This document shows positions 13,041 through 26,099 of a stretch of 64,000 bases of DNA, piece by piece. The notes beneath the pieces were generated by a model. The model was given only the letters and a program-made list of their open reading frames with translations. It searched no databases and had not been told where the DNA came from. This stretch comes from Felis catus (Eukaryota): contig NC_058368.1 in the NCBI RefSeq assembly GCF_018350175.1, positions 194,124,001-194,188,000 on the forward strand, in the 5' to 3' direction. The stretch's first letter is position 1, and each line of letters begins with the position of its first letter. A program made the translations under genes and the position numbers.

Positions 13041-14380
13041 GCTAAACTTTTCCTATTCTCCTTTCTGATTTTGTGACTTTCCCTTCCTCTTTCTGTCTCA
13101 TTTGCAAATCATTTCCATTAAAAGTTTTTATATTTTATTTGATTACTTTAAGATAATTAATTTTATTAGACTACTTTAAGATAATTTCTTTCTTATCATT
13201 TTCAGCTATCTTAAAGATAACTTTTATTTTGTGTCCTTCAGGTTTTCTTTTAAGCTTCAACTGATCCAAAAGCATGTATTTTCACTCTTGTTTTAGTAAC
13301 AAGGCATTTAAAGGTATACATTTTTAAGTAATGTTTTAGCTGCATGACACACATTTTCATTTGGTACTCTATTTCAATTATACGCATTTAGTAATTTATA
13401 GTATGTTTCACCTCAGGTATCTCAAATGTGTTTGTTTCCTTCTTGAGGGATAGGGGCTTCCTTTTCATGAATGGTTCCTAACTAATTCGCAGGGAGGTCA
13501 TACATGATATGGTTTCTTTGAAATCTGAAGCCAATTTTTTGTGCATTTGTGTTCAGTGGCTCATGCATACCTAAATCCCAAACAACCATTCATGCACATT
13601 TCAATAAACACAATTTGTTAAAGAATTAAATGTAATTATCAAAAAGCTATAGAACAGTATCTTCAAGTAAATTACTCCATTATATGTCTGTCTTTCATAA
13701 TCTGCCATTTAGCATTCTTTTAATTTTTAAATAATGCTCACTTAGAATTAGCAAAGCAAACATGCTATTCATTGTTTGTATAATTGAACTTTAATGAAAA
13801 AAGAAACACTAAAGGCAATGAAAACAATTCAAATGGTACATTGTGTTATCACTGCTACCAACTAACAAACCAGTAATACAAATGCAAAGGTGATTGTATG
13901 GTAGTTCTCATTTGATGCCACTCAGAAGATACTCAAAATTCAAATTCATCTCAGTAAGATGAAATAGAACATTAAATGGAATTTCTTTTAAAGGATGAAT
14001 TCTTGTAATCTTAACAGACTATCTTAGACTTTTACCTTATCAGATATAGAGATAAATATGTACAAACATATTAAATGTGTATTTTTTGTTTGCCTAATAT
14101 CTTATAGCCCTAGTAATTTTTTCTAGTCTGTTTTATTCATTGCTTTCTCATAGAGATGTTTTTAAATCTCCCAATATGATTGTAGGTTTGCCAATTTGTT
14201 TTCACCCTTTTCAGTTTTTACTTCACATACTTTAATACTTAGTATGGCATAAACATCAAATTCGTGGGTTTTATGTCTTTTTGATGAATTATCCTTTTTA
14301 TTACAATGTAATATTCCTCTCTATTCCTGTTTAAAGGGATTTGCTGTATAATCTAAGTTGTTTCCCTTTTTAATAGTGCT

Positions 14381-15396
14381 TATTGCTGTCCAGTTTTCCC
14401 ATTACCATTTACTGAAAAACTCTCTTTTCCCCTTTGATATTCTTTCCTGCTTTGTCAAAGTCTAATTGACCATAGAGTTGTGGGTTAATTTATGGGTCTT
14501 CTCTTCTGTTCTATTGATCTAGTTATCTATTTTTGTGCCAGTACCATACTGTTTTGATCACTACAGCTTTGTAATATAACTTGAAGTCCAGAATTTTGAT
14601 GCTTCCAGCTTTGCTTTGCTTTCTTAAGGTTATTTTGGCTATTTGAATAGATACTTTTCCAAAGAAGGCATCCGTGTAGCCAACAGACACATAAAAAGTT
14701 GCTTAACATCATTCATCATCAGGGAAATACAAGTCAAAACTATGATGAGATATTACCTTACACCTGTCAGAATGGCTAGAATCAACAACACAAGAAATAA
14801 CAAGTGTTGATGAGCATGTGGAGAAATGGGAGCCCTCTCGCACTGTTGGTGGGAATGCAAACTGGTTGCAGCCACTGTGGAAAACAGGTGGAAATTTCTC
14901 AAAAAGTTGCAAACGGAACTACCCTATAATCCAGTAATTGCACTACTTGGTATTAACCCAAAGGATACAAAAACACTAATTCACAGGGATACATGCACTC
15001 CAATGTTTATAGCAGCATTATCTACAATGGCCAAACTATGGAAACAGCCCAAGTGTCCATTGATTGATGAATAAAGAAGATGTGGTATATATATACAATG
15101 GAATATTATTCAGCCATAAAAAAGAATGAAATCTTGCCATTTGCAATAACGTAGATGGAGCTAGTGTATTATGCTAAGTGAAATGAGTCAGACAGAGAAA
15201 GAAAAATACCATATGATTTCACTCATATGTGGAATTTAAGAAACAAACAAGAAAAGGGGGAAAAAAGAGGCAAACCAAGAAACAGATTCTCTAAGCACTG
15301 GGTGATATATGGAATTATTGAATCACTATATTTTACACCTGAAACTAATATTATACCATATGTTAACTAACTGGAATTTAAATACAAATTTAAAAA
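14381..15396 (+). mobile_element. Carnivore L1 with 5' inversion (antisense 14381-14645, sense 14644-15396)
   Basis: An antisense ORF2 segment abuts the sense ORF2 C-terminus, 3'UTR and A-tail. TSD aata(g/t)tgct at 14372-14380 / 15397-15405. Confidence 0.9.
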
Positions 15397-15479
15397 AATA
15401 TTGCTACCTAACTCATTATTTCAGTGTCATTTCAGGAGTGTTTTAACAGTATTTCTTATATGCAGATTACCATTTTTTT

Positions 15480-15708
15480 TTTTTTTTTTAATTTTTTTTT
15501 TCAACTTTTTTTTATTTATTTTTGGGACAGAGAGAGACAGAGCATGAACGGAGGAGGGGCAGAGAGAGAGGGAGACACAGAATCGGAAACAGGCTCCAGG
15601 CTCCGAGCCATCAGCCCAGAGCCTGACGCGGGGCTCGAACTCACGGACCGCGAGATCGTGACCTGGCTGAAGTCGGACGCTTAACCGACTGCGCCACCCA
15701 GGCGCCCC
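15480..15708 (-). mobile_element. Young CanSINE (SINEC_Fc)
   Basis: TSD agattaccatttttttt from 15464 and from 15709. Confidence 0.97.
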
Positions 15709-16608
15709 AGATTACCATTTTTTTTAACCTAACCTGATAATAGTTATCTTTTAACCAGTGAGTTCAATATGATTACACTTATTATTGATATAATTAGACT
15801 TATTTCTATCATGATTACCATCTTTTTTTTTTCTGTGTTTCTTTTCCTCTCCTCTGTATTTTGTTGCTTTGATAGAAAAGTTAATAGTTTATTATGTAAA
15901 AATTCTGTAACTGTTCAGAATTTCTATCCTTTTCCAGACCAAGAAAGGACTTTTGGCCTACTTTAACTGTGCATTGCATCTATTATTTTACCAAACAAAA
16001 ATACTTAGCATTAATTAGATTATTAACACCACTTGATGAAACAGAAAAATGAGTTCTAAAACCTCAGTGACATAACAAAACAAATGTTTGTTTTTATTTC
16101 CTTCCATGCAGAGTTCAGGTGGGCCAGCTCCATTCTGAACTGCAACTTGGAGATGTTTAAGCTTACATCTTGCAAGAGGTCACCACACCTATTAGATTCA
16201 CAATTGTAGTTTGGAATCACTGTCTCTGTCATCACATGAGGGCTATGTCAGATCCGAGCAGTGCTAGTGGATAGAATGGCACAGCTTCTGAGAATGAGTC
16301 TATATCTCTGTGTCCTGCTTCCCTGGGCCCATAGCTGTGATGAAGTTAAAGATTAAAGACTGACCACCTTTATTGGAATGGGCTCCCTTTTAGGATTAGA
16401 GGTGACTTATACCAGGCTCTGACTATAAGCTCTGAGACTTCCTCCAAGCCACTAACCTCAAGGAGTTGTCTTCCCTTTTTCCACTACCTGCTTTACTTCC
16501 TGACCCAGAGAATCTGTGCCTTCAGCCTATTCTGAATCTGGTCCACAGAGGAAGGGGACTACTTTCATCACAAACTCATCATAGCTTTTGATTGCTTCTC
16601 TTTTATAC

Positions 16609-17182
16609 TGTTAGGGAGGAAACATTTTCCTCCTTCCTTTAGGATTCTTGTGGTTGCTGTAAAAGTTAAATTGACATGAGACAGATTAACAGGAGAAAAT
16701 CAAATTTAATTATATACATGCAGGGAATCCACATAAACACGACAGGTTCAAAAGACAGGCAAAATGAGATATATAAGTCATTCTGGATTAAAGAGAACAG
16801 GGTAGAAGTCTGGGGCTTCAAAAGGAAGGAGGGCAATTCATAAGAGGGAACAGAAAGAGTAAATGGTGGTTGATTGATTGATTGATAGAAAGCAAAAGTG
16901 TTTGCTGGGCCATCCAGAAACAATGGGGCACAGAAAGGACTTTGATCCAACAGGCCTTGCTAGGTTCCTCCTTGTCTACCATACATAGTTCATATTATAC
17001 CATAGTATTCTATGGTGATGGCTCCCTTCCTGGAACAGGTCTTCTATCTAAATTCCTTTAGGCAGTTAGACAGGAGACCAAAAAAGAACTTCTTCAGTAT
17101 TTTGTTTCTTAAAACTACTCAGCCTAAAATAATCTTTGTGCCAAAGAGAACCACTTTGGGGTGGCAAATTTTGCTCCCCTCA
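16609..17182 (-). mobile_element. ERV1-class solo LTR (MER34-like)
   Basis: TG...CA termini with 4-bp TSD atac at 16605-16608 / 17183-17186. The minus strand starts tgaggggagcaaaatttgccaccccaaa...ctttggcacaaagattatttt, like MER34-family LTRs. Confidence 0.85.
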
Positions 17183-17257
17183 ATACCTACCTCTTCTTGT
17201 TTAATTTCTTTCAGTCTAGGGTTAATGATTTACTATAATATATTAATAAAAATTACA

Positions 17258-17267
17258 TATGTGTGTC

Positions 17268-17317
<50 letters not shown>

Positions 17318-17330
17318 GACATACATACAT
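17258..17330. repeat. (TG)n(TA)n microsatellite
   Basis: Directly visible. Confidence 0.95.
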
Positions 17331-17782
17331 TTTTAGTATCATAAATATACACTGATATATATTTTAAAGTTGATTTCAGATCATTCCATAAGATTAATTT
17401 CATGTGTCCCTTCTTGCATGGAGACATTTTAGTCCCTGTTATTTTTACACAAGAGCTGAAATCCAGAGACCACTGGCTATGGCAGGTCCAGAGCAGACCA
17501 TGACTCTCCTTCTCTTGGTTTCTGTTTCTAATCCATTTCTTTTTATCTTGGTTTGGGAACCCTGCTACATCTTTGTTCATAACTATTTCATGAATTATTG
17601 CCATATGTTTGGAGTAGAATGAGCAAGTTAAAACAAAGTATTACATAGAGCAGAAGTATCAGTCCAATATATTTTTATTATTCTAAACAAATCAGAGATT
17701 TGGTTAAAATAAAAAAAAAAAGCTTTCCTCCCAATTTCTTTGATTTGCTTTTAGTCTTAATATTTATTTTTTTAGAGAAGTG

Positions 17783-17835
17783 TGGGTGTTGTATGGAAAC
17801 CAATTTGACAATAAACTTCATATATTGAAAAAAAA
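17783..17835 (+). mobile_element. Ultra-short L1_Fc-like 3' terminus
   Basis: tgggtgttgtatggaaaccaatttgacaataaa plus an A-tail; nearly identical to ~4405-4455. Confidence 0.88.
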
Positions 17836-19025
17836 TTAACATGCTCATATGACAGATTAAAGGTCCAAATTAGATGCAAAAAATATTTATTTTTTAATTT
17901 AAAATATTAAATTTGTTTTCTATGTTTAACATATGGCCACATGGATTAAAATAAATTGTGATGTATTTTTCTCAACCTTGTTGTTCCTAGGTGCCCAGAG
18001 ATCCATAAATATCCACTGTAATGTGCATTTAGGAACAAAATGTTCCTAAATCTCATGAACAACACTAACACAGTCTGCATCAGCTCAGGTAGGAGGAGTG
18101 TTATGAAACGGTTTGTCTTCAATGGAGAGTGAGGAAACGTCTGGTGGAGAGCCCTTGAAGGCTGTTCCCATTACTCAAAGAGCTTTCTTGTGGAAGGTAG
18201 CTGTGTATCACTCTCAAATATATTTGCTTCCTTCTCTATCATTGCAGATGAGGTAAAAATGGACCACTCTCTGCTCACCAGCGACTTTGTGTTGAAATGG
18301 TTCATTTCTTCTTTACATGAACTAACACAAGAAAAATCACCAAAATTTACAAAGGCCTAAGTTGTCTACCAATCACTTAGTCACCAAATATTTATTCAGT
18401 CCCCTCTATGTTCTAGGCAGTGGAAATATAACAACAAACAAAAACAGACCAAAAAAAACCTCTTGCCTGTATAGAGATGGAAGCAAATAAGTAACTAACA
18501 TATATAATGGGTTCTATAGGTGATAAACACTGTTAAAAAAACAAAGCAGGGAATAAAGGTTTAAAATGGCCATTTTAAACAGAGAATAACTGAAAAGGTG
18601 AGATCTACACCAAACAGAAAAAGAACTCTACCTGAATGACTGGAGGGACAGTAGTGGGCAGCTGAGAGTACTTGGAGAGGGATCCAAGGGGTTCAGATTG
18701 TGTAGGAACGTGCCCACCGCCATAATGACGTCAGCATTTACTTTCAGGGATTGGGATGCTTGGAGAGTTTTGGGCAGAGAAGGGGTATGATTTGCCCTGT
18801 CCTCCAAAAGAATCACTCTGTTAAATGTTTTAAGAATAGACCATCAAAGAGAAAGGAAGGAGAGGATTCTAATTTTTTTTTTATCCTTGATGTATTTTAA
18901 AGTAGAGGTCACATGATTTGCTGAGGAATTGGATTTAGAGTATGGGTAAAAAAGAGCAATTAGAGTGATACCAGCAAGGTGTGTGACCTGAACAATGGAA
19001 AAGATGGAGTTGTAGTTAAATGAGA

Positions 19026-19106
19026 TGGGTTCTCCAGAGAGACAGAAAATTTCCCTCCTTCCTTCCTTCCTTCCTTCCTTCCTTCCTTCCTTCCTTCCTT
19101 CCTTCC

Positions 19107-19157
<51 letters not shown>

Positions 19158-19618
19158 ATCTCTCTAGATACACTGATAGCAACAGAGAGAGAGAGATAAT
19201 AGAAATTGGTTTATGAAGGCTGAGAAGTCGTACAACCTGCCATCTTCAAGCTAAGGAACCTGGAAAGCCAGTAGTATAATCAGTCCAAATCCCAAAGCCT
19301 GAGTACCAGGGGATTACTGGTATAATTTTCAAAATCCAAAGGCCCAAGAACCAGGAGCTGTGTGTCCAAAGGCAAGAAAATTGGACGTCCAGGCCAAAAA
19401 GAGGGAATTTGCTCTTCACCGTTTTGTCTTTTCCAGCCCTCAATGGATTGGATGATGCCTGATCGCATTGTGAGGGCAAATCTTTACTCAGTCTACTGAT
19501 TCAAATGCTCATTTCTTTCAGAAACACCTTCACAGACATATTTAAAAATCATGTTCTATCAGCTAGCTGGGCATTCCTTGGCCCTGTCAAGTTGACTCAT
19601 GAAAATTTAATAATCACA
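19026..19618 (-). mobile_element. ERVL solo LTR (MLT2-like)
   Basis: gggttctccagagagacagaa...ggctgagaagtc...aagttgactcatgaaaatttaataatcaca match the MLT2 ends. Confidence 0.8.
19056..19157. repeat. Compound tetranucleotide STR (CCTT)n(ATCT)n
   Basis: Directly visible; two long, pure tracts. Confidence 0.98.
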
Positions 19619-20999
19619 ATAGGTAATTCTGTAGGAGGAGCAATTTGGGCAGAAGTATGATAGAGATTAGGAATTTTGTTTTTAAATGATCCAAATCAAA
19701 GTGCATGTTAGTTATGTAAGTAAAGATAGTGAGTAGACAGATGGATGCAGTAATTTGAAGTTCTGCACATACATCCAGACCGTAGATACATATTTAAAAG
19801 CCACTGGCATGTAGATGATATGTAAATCCAGGGATATGAGAAGAGATCATAAAGAGAGAATAAATAATCTAAAAAAAAAACCCAGAGGGTTAATCTTGGG
19901 AACTAGAGTTTCCTGGAAGTAAGCAAGTACATGCTTCAAGGAGGAGGATATGGTACATGGGACACTATGTAGTTGTAAAAAATGAGAAAGGCTTTCAAAC
20001 ACTGATATCACATTATTTTCTTTACATACTGTTAAATGAAAAAAAAAACATTTACAATACTTATGAGTATGAAAAGGGGGTAGGAAAACTGAAATTTTGT
20101 GTTTACATTGGAATAGAAATTGAAGAATACAAAACAACTTTTTGAGTATTTATAAAGAATAGCAAGAAAAAAATCAAGCAGAAATACTTCACAATATATA
20201 CCTTTAATATTATTTTGATTTTGAAACATAGGAATATATTTAATAAATAAAACAAAAAATTCTCCTAGATATTCTAATAGATATTACCCCACTTCTCTGA
20301 TAACCTTACAACAAAATTTACTGTGCCTACTCCATGACTATTTTTTGAAACCTCTTCAGTGAGATGTTTACCCCCATTTTAACACCAAAACAGCTCTGGT
20401 GAGGATCGCATTTATATATTCCTAGTCTTATCTCACTTAAGCATCAGCAGCTTTTTATTTACACAGTAAGTCCTGTGAATGTATGTACAATGTTATATTT
20501 TTTTCTCCAGCTTACCTTGTTTTCCCAACTCTCTTGAGATAAAATTGACATATCACATTGTGTACATTTAACGTATACAGTGATTTGATATATGTATGTA
20601 TTGAAAAATGTTTACCACAATAATGTTAGTTAACACATCCTTCGCCTCCTATAATTACCATTTTGTTGTTGTTATAATGAGAAAATTAAAGATCTCTCAT
20701 AGCAACATTCAAGTATACAATACAGTACTGTTAACTACAGACACCACACTGTACCTTAAACCCCCTGAACTTATTTATCATATAACTGAAACTTTGTACC
20801 TTTTGACCTACATCTTCCTATTTCTCCTTCAGCTCCTCGCAACTACCATTTTACTGTTTCTGTGTTTGATGTTGTTAGATTCCACATGTATATGATATCA
20901 TAGAGTATTTTTTTCACTTAGCATAATGCCCTCAAGGTCCATCAATTCTGTCCCAAGTGGCAGGACTTCCTTCTTTCTCATGGCTGAATAATATTCCAC

Positions 21000-21144
21000 T
21001 GTGTATGGTATGTGTATGTGTGTGTGTATGTATATAAATCTGATAGATATCTGGTATAAATGAATGTTATATATATAAATCTGATATATATGGTATGTAT
21101 ATACCATGGTATGTATATACACTATGTATGTGGTATACTTATAT

Positions 21145-21197
<53 letters not shown>

Positions 21198-21450
21198 TGT
21201 GTATACATATATGTGATATATATATATACATACATATATATATATATATGGTGTGTATATATATATATATATGGTGTGTATATGTAAGTGAGTGTATATA
21301 TATATACATATGTGTATATATATATACATATATATATATATGGTGTATATATATATATATATATGGTGTGTATATGTAAGTGAGTATATATATATATGGT
21401 GTGTGTATATATATATATGGTGTGTATATGTAAGTGAGTGTATATATATC
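21000..21450. repeat. Complex TA-rich micro/minisatellite within an L1
   Basis: (TA)n tracts interspersed with ggtgtg units; atggtgtgtatatgtaagtgagt recurs three times. Confidence 0.95.
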
Positions 21451-22780
21451 CCACATGTCTTTATATATTCATCCACAGACTGAAACTTAGTTTCCACGTA
21501 TTCGTGATAATGAATAATGCTGCAATAAATTTGAGAGTATAGATGTCTCTTTGTGATCCTAATTTCATTTATTTTAGATATACACCCAGAAGTAGGATCC
21601 CTGGATCATATGGTAGCTCTATTTTTAATTTTTGAGAAAACTCCATATTGTTTTCCATAGTGGAAGCACCAACTCACATTCCCATTAATAACGCACAGGG
21701 TTCCCATTTCTCCACATCCTCATCAACACATAATTATTGTCTTTTTGATAATAGCCATATTGACAGGTGTGAGGTAATATCTCTTGTGATTTTAATTTGC
21801 GTTTCCCTGATGACTAGTAATGTGGAGCATCTTTTGATGTACTTGTTTTCCATTTGTATAGTTTCTTTGGAAAAATGTCGACTCAAGTCCTCTGCCCATT
21901 TTTTAAATTGGATTGTTTATTTTGCATATTGGTTGTATGAATCATTTATGTATTTTGGCTCTTAATCACTTATCAGGTATATCCATTTGAAATGATTCTC
22001 TCCTATTTCATAGCCTGCCTTTTCATTTTGTTTATTGCTTCTTTTGCTCTGCAAATAATTTTTAGTTTGATATAATCCCACTTTCCTTTGCTTTTGCTGT
22101 TCGTGTTATTGGTATCACATTCAAAAAAAAAAAAATCATTGTCAAGACCAGTGCCAAGAAGCTAGGGAAAAACTTTTCTTCTATTTTTTTTTATGTTTAA
22201 GTCTTTAATTCATTTTGAGTTAATTTTTATGAGGTAATGTAAGAGTCCAATTTCATCATTTTGCATTTATTCAATTTTCCTAATACCATCTACTACCAAA
22301 CTATTCCCTGGTCAGTATTTTTAACTCTTTATCAAATATCGGTTGATCTTACATGTGAGCTCTTGATTCTGTTCCATTGGTCTGTGCATCTATATTTATG
22401 TTAGTTACATACTGTTTTAATTACCGTATCTTTGTAATAGAGTTTGAAATCAGAGAGTGTGATTCCTTGAGCTTTGTTCTTTCTCAGGATCCCTTTGGAT
22501 ATTTGGAGTATTTTGTGGTTCCGTATGTATTTTGGGATAGCTTTTTTGGTTCTGTTTCTGTGAAAAATGCCATTGGAGTATTGATAGGAATTGCATTCAA
22601 TCTGTAGATGTCCTTGGGTAGTATCTACATTATGACAATGTTAACTCTTCTGATCCATGAATATATGGGATTTTTTTTCTCATTTATTGTGTCATCTTCA
22701 ATGTCTTTCATTAATGTCTTAAAGTTTTCAGTGTACAGGTCTTTCACTTCCTTGGTTAAATTTGCTTCTATTTTATTTTT

Positions 22781-22994
22781 TTTAATGTTTATTTAACTTT
22801 TTGAGAGAGAGAGCCAGAGACAGAGCAGGAGTAGGGGAGGAGCAGAGACAGAGAGGGAGACACAGAATCCAAAGCAGGTTCCAGGCTCTGAGCTGTCAGC
22901 ACAGAGCCCGATGAGGGGCTCGAACCCATGAACTGTGAGATCATGACCTGAGCCGAAGTCGGCTGCTTAACCAACTGAGCCACCCAGGCACCCC
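22781..22994 (-). mobile_element. CanSINE
   Basis: Full head/body/tail. TSD tcta(t/c)tttatt. Confidence 0.95.
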
Positions 22995-24319
22995 TCTACT
23001 TTATTCTTTTTGATGAAATTGTAAATGGGATTATTTTCTTCATCTCTCTCTTGGATAGTTCATTATTAGTATACATAAATGTGACTGATTTCCGTATATT
23101 GATTTTTTTATCCTACAACTTTATTGAATTTATTAATTAGTTCTAACAGTTTCCCCTTACCCCATGGAGTCTTTAGGATTTTCTTTATATAAAATCATGT
23201 CACCTAAAAATAGTACCAGTTTTGTTTGTTTCTTTCCACTTTGGATGCCCCCCTTTTTTCTTGCCTAATTGCTCTAGCTAGGATTTCCAGTACTATGTGG
23301 AATAGAAGCGGTGGGATTTAGCAGCCCTGTCTTGATCCTAATCTTAGAGGGAAAGCTTTCAACCTTTCACTGTTGAGTATAATGTTAGCAATGGGTTTGT
23401 CATATATGAACTTGATTATGTTAAGGTATGTTCCCTCTAAACCCACTTCATTGAGAGTTTTTACAGTGAATGATGTTGACTTTTGTCAAATGCTTTTTTT
23501 TTTGCATCTGTTGAAATGATCAGAAACTTTTTGTCTTTAATGCTATTAATGTGTATGGATCACAGTTATTGATTTGCTTATGTTGAATTATCCTTCTTTC
23601 CTCGGGATAAATTCCATTTGATTATGGTCTATAATACTTTTAATATGTTGTTGAATTTGGTTTACTCTCATTTTTTAAGAATTTCTACATCTATATTCAT
23701 CAGGGTTATGACCTAAAGCTGTCTTTTTTTGCAGTATTGTCTGGCTTTGGTATCAGGGTAATGCTGGTCTTGTAAAATGAATTTGGGAGTGCTCCCTCCA
23801 CTTCAGTTTTTTGGAAGAGTTTGAGAAAAATTGGCATTAATTTTTTCAAATTTTTGGTGTATTTCACCTGTGAAACCATATGGTCTTGTGTTATTTATTG
23901 AGAGGTTTCTGATCACTGATTCAGTATCCTTGTTACTGGTTTGTTCAGATTATCTGTTTCTTCCTGATTTAGACTTCTTTGGGCATATTTTTCTAAGAAC
24001 TTATCCATTTCTTCTAGGTTGTACAATTTGTTAAAATTCTTCATACGGTTTTCATGATTTCTGTGGTACCAGTTGTAATGTCTCAACTTTCACTTATAAT
24101 TTTATTTGGGCTTTTTTTCTTTGTAAATCTAACTCAAGTTTTTTGTTTTGTTTATTCAAAATCCAACTCTTAGTTTCACTGATCTTTTCTACTGTTTTTC
24201 TATTATCTAATTTATTTGTGCTCTGATCTTTGCTATCTCCTTTCTTATCCTAACTTTGGGCACACTTTGTTCTTTTAGTAGTTCCTTGAGGTATAGTTAG
24301 GTTGTCTGAGAATCTTCTT

Positions 24320-24546
24320 TTTATTTATTTATTATTTTTTTTTAACATTTATTCATTTTTGAGAGACAGAGAGAGACAGAGTGTGAGTGGGGGAGGGGAA
24401 GAAAGAGAGGGAGACACTGAATTTGAAGCAGGCTCCAGGCTCTGAGCTGTCAGCACAGAATCTGACGTGGGGCTCTAACTCAGGAACCGGGAGATCATAA
24501 CCTGGCTGAAGTCAGACCCTTAACCGACTGAGCCACCCAGGTGCCA
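24320..24546 (-). mobile_element. CanSINE
   Basis: Typical SINEC sequence. Confidence 0.93.
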
Positions 24547-24683
24547 TTCCCCACTTTTTTTTTTTCTAATAGAGGCATTTATCAATATAAACTTCCCTCA
24601 TAGCACTACTTTTGCTGCATTTCATAAATTTTGGTATGTTGTGTTTCCATTTTCATTTGTTGCAAGATATTTTTTGTTTCCCT

Positions 24684-24735
24684 TTTGGCTTTGGCTTTGG
24701 CTTTGGCTTTGGCTTTGGCTTTGGCTTTGGCTTTG
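24684..24735. repeat. (TTTGGC)n hexanucleotide repeat, about 8 copies
   Basis: Directly visible. Confidence 0.97.
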
Positions 24736-25637
24736 ACACAGTGGTTAATCTGGTGTATGTTGTTTAACTTCCACATTTGAATTTTCCAGTTTTTGAATTT
24801 TCAAGTTTTTTTCTTGTTGATGATTTCTACTCTCATGCCATTGTGGTCACAAAGATAATATGATTTCAACCTTTTGAAATATATTTACACTTGTTTTGAT
24901 AGCTAACATATGTTCTATCCTGGAGAATGCTTCATGTGCACTTGAGAAGAACATGCATTCTGCTCCTATTGGATAGAATATTCTGTATATGTCTGTTAGG
25001 TCCATTTCATCTAAAGTATAATTTAAGACCAATGGTTCCTTATTGATTTACTGTGTAAATGTTGTATTCATTGTTAAAAGTGAGATATTGAAATCCTCTA
25101 CTATTACTGTAATATTATCTATTACTCCCTTCAGCTCTGTTAGTATTTGCATAATATATTTAGATCATATATATATATTTAATTGTTTTCTATTCTTGAT
25201 GAGTTGACCCCTTTATCATTATAAAATGACCTTCTTTGTTTCTTGTTAGAGTTTTTGATTTAAAGCTTATTTTGTCTGATGTAAGTACAGCCATCCCTGC
25301 TGCCTTTTAATTTCCATTTGCATGGAGTATCTTTCTCCAGCCCTTCACTTTGAGCCTATGTCTGTCCTTAAAGCTAAAGTGAGTCTATTTTAGGTAGCAT
25401 ACACTTGGGTCTTGTTTTTTCTCCAAGTTGGTTGCTCTCCTTTGAACTGTGCCATTTTTTATTTTACATATTTTTAATTTTTATTGTATCTAAATTTTTA
25501 ATTCAACTTCAAAATTTAATTATCTTGTATGGATGAAAATTTAAATTACTATATATCTCATATTACCAATAGCATTGAAATTATTTTCTTATATATATAA
25601 ATAGCAAATTTAATTATTTTTAAAATGTTTAAGTTTT

Positions 25638-25858
25638 GGGGCGCCTGGGTGGCGCAGTCGGTTAAGCGTCCGACTTCAGCCAGGTCACGATCTCGCGGTC
25701 CGGGAGTTCGAGCCCCGCGTCAGGCTCTGGGGTAATGGCTCGGAGCCTGGAGCCTGTTTCCGATTCTGTGTCTCCCTCTCTCTCTGCCCCTCCCCCATTC
25801 ATGCTCTGTCTCTCTCTGTCCCAAAAATAAATAAACGTTGAAAAAAAAAATTTAAAAA
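25638..25858 (+). mobile_element. Young CanSINE (SINEC_Fc)
   Basis: Perfect 16-bp TSD aaaatgtttaagtttt at 25622-25637 / 25859-25874. Confidence 0.97.
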
Positions 25859-26099
25859 AAAATGTTTAAGTTTTAATTCAAATAATTTTTAAGTGCTATA
25901 TATAGACATATAGATATAGTGTCAGCTGTTAGGTAGAGTGCTAAATACTTTATCTCAAAATAAAATCTCAAAGCAACCCCAAGTGACAAAATAATTATCA
26001 GAAAAGGAAACTTAAGTTTAAAGAAGTTCATGGAATTAGCGAAACTCAAACAACTATCGAGGAGTGAAACTAGAATTTTATTCCAAACCATTTTATTGT

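Larger units (their letters stand above)
11990..14370 (-). mobile_element. Highly degraded ancient L1M fragments, interrupted by an STR and other inserts
   Basis: Antisense ORF2-like motifs (catccttgtct, ttctgcatctattgaaatgatca, aaatctcccaatatgattgtag). Confidence 0.55.
18380..19850 (-). mobile_element. L2 relic interrupted by an MLT2 LTR
   Basis: caaatatttattcagtcccctctatgttctaggca and later L2 motifs (aatcactctg, gatggagttg, gtgagtagacagatggat). Confidence 0.65.
20530..25420 (-). mobile_element. L1MA9-like element: 3'UTR through the ORF2 endonuclease region, with SINE and STR inserts
   Basis: The 3' end (ttgacatatcacattgtgt...tagttaacacatcc...agcaacattcaagtatacaatacagt) resembles L1MA9. 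ORF2 remnants include MDLTDIYRIFYP...FFSSAH. Confidence 0.88.

Noticed and set aside
21190..21440. Repeat-spacer pattern resembling a CRISPR array
   Set aside because: The spacers are just (TA)n, the DNA is mammalian and there are no cas genes.
20898..21497. Long Y/I/H/T/V/C-rich ORFs (also 12244-12583, 17012-17604, 35033-35527)
   Set aside because: They are translations of (TA)/(CA)/(TG) microsatellites, which lack stop codons.
25638..25720. tRNA genes at SINE heads
   Set aside because: These are tRNA-derived A/B-box heads of CanSINEs, followed by a CT tract, tail and TSD.
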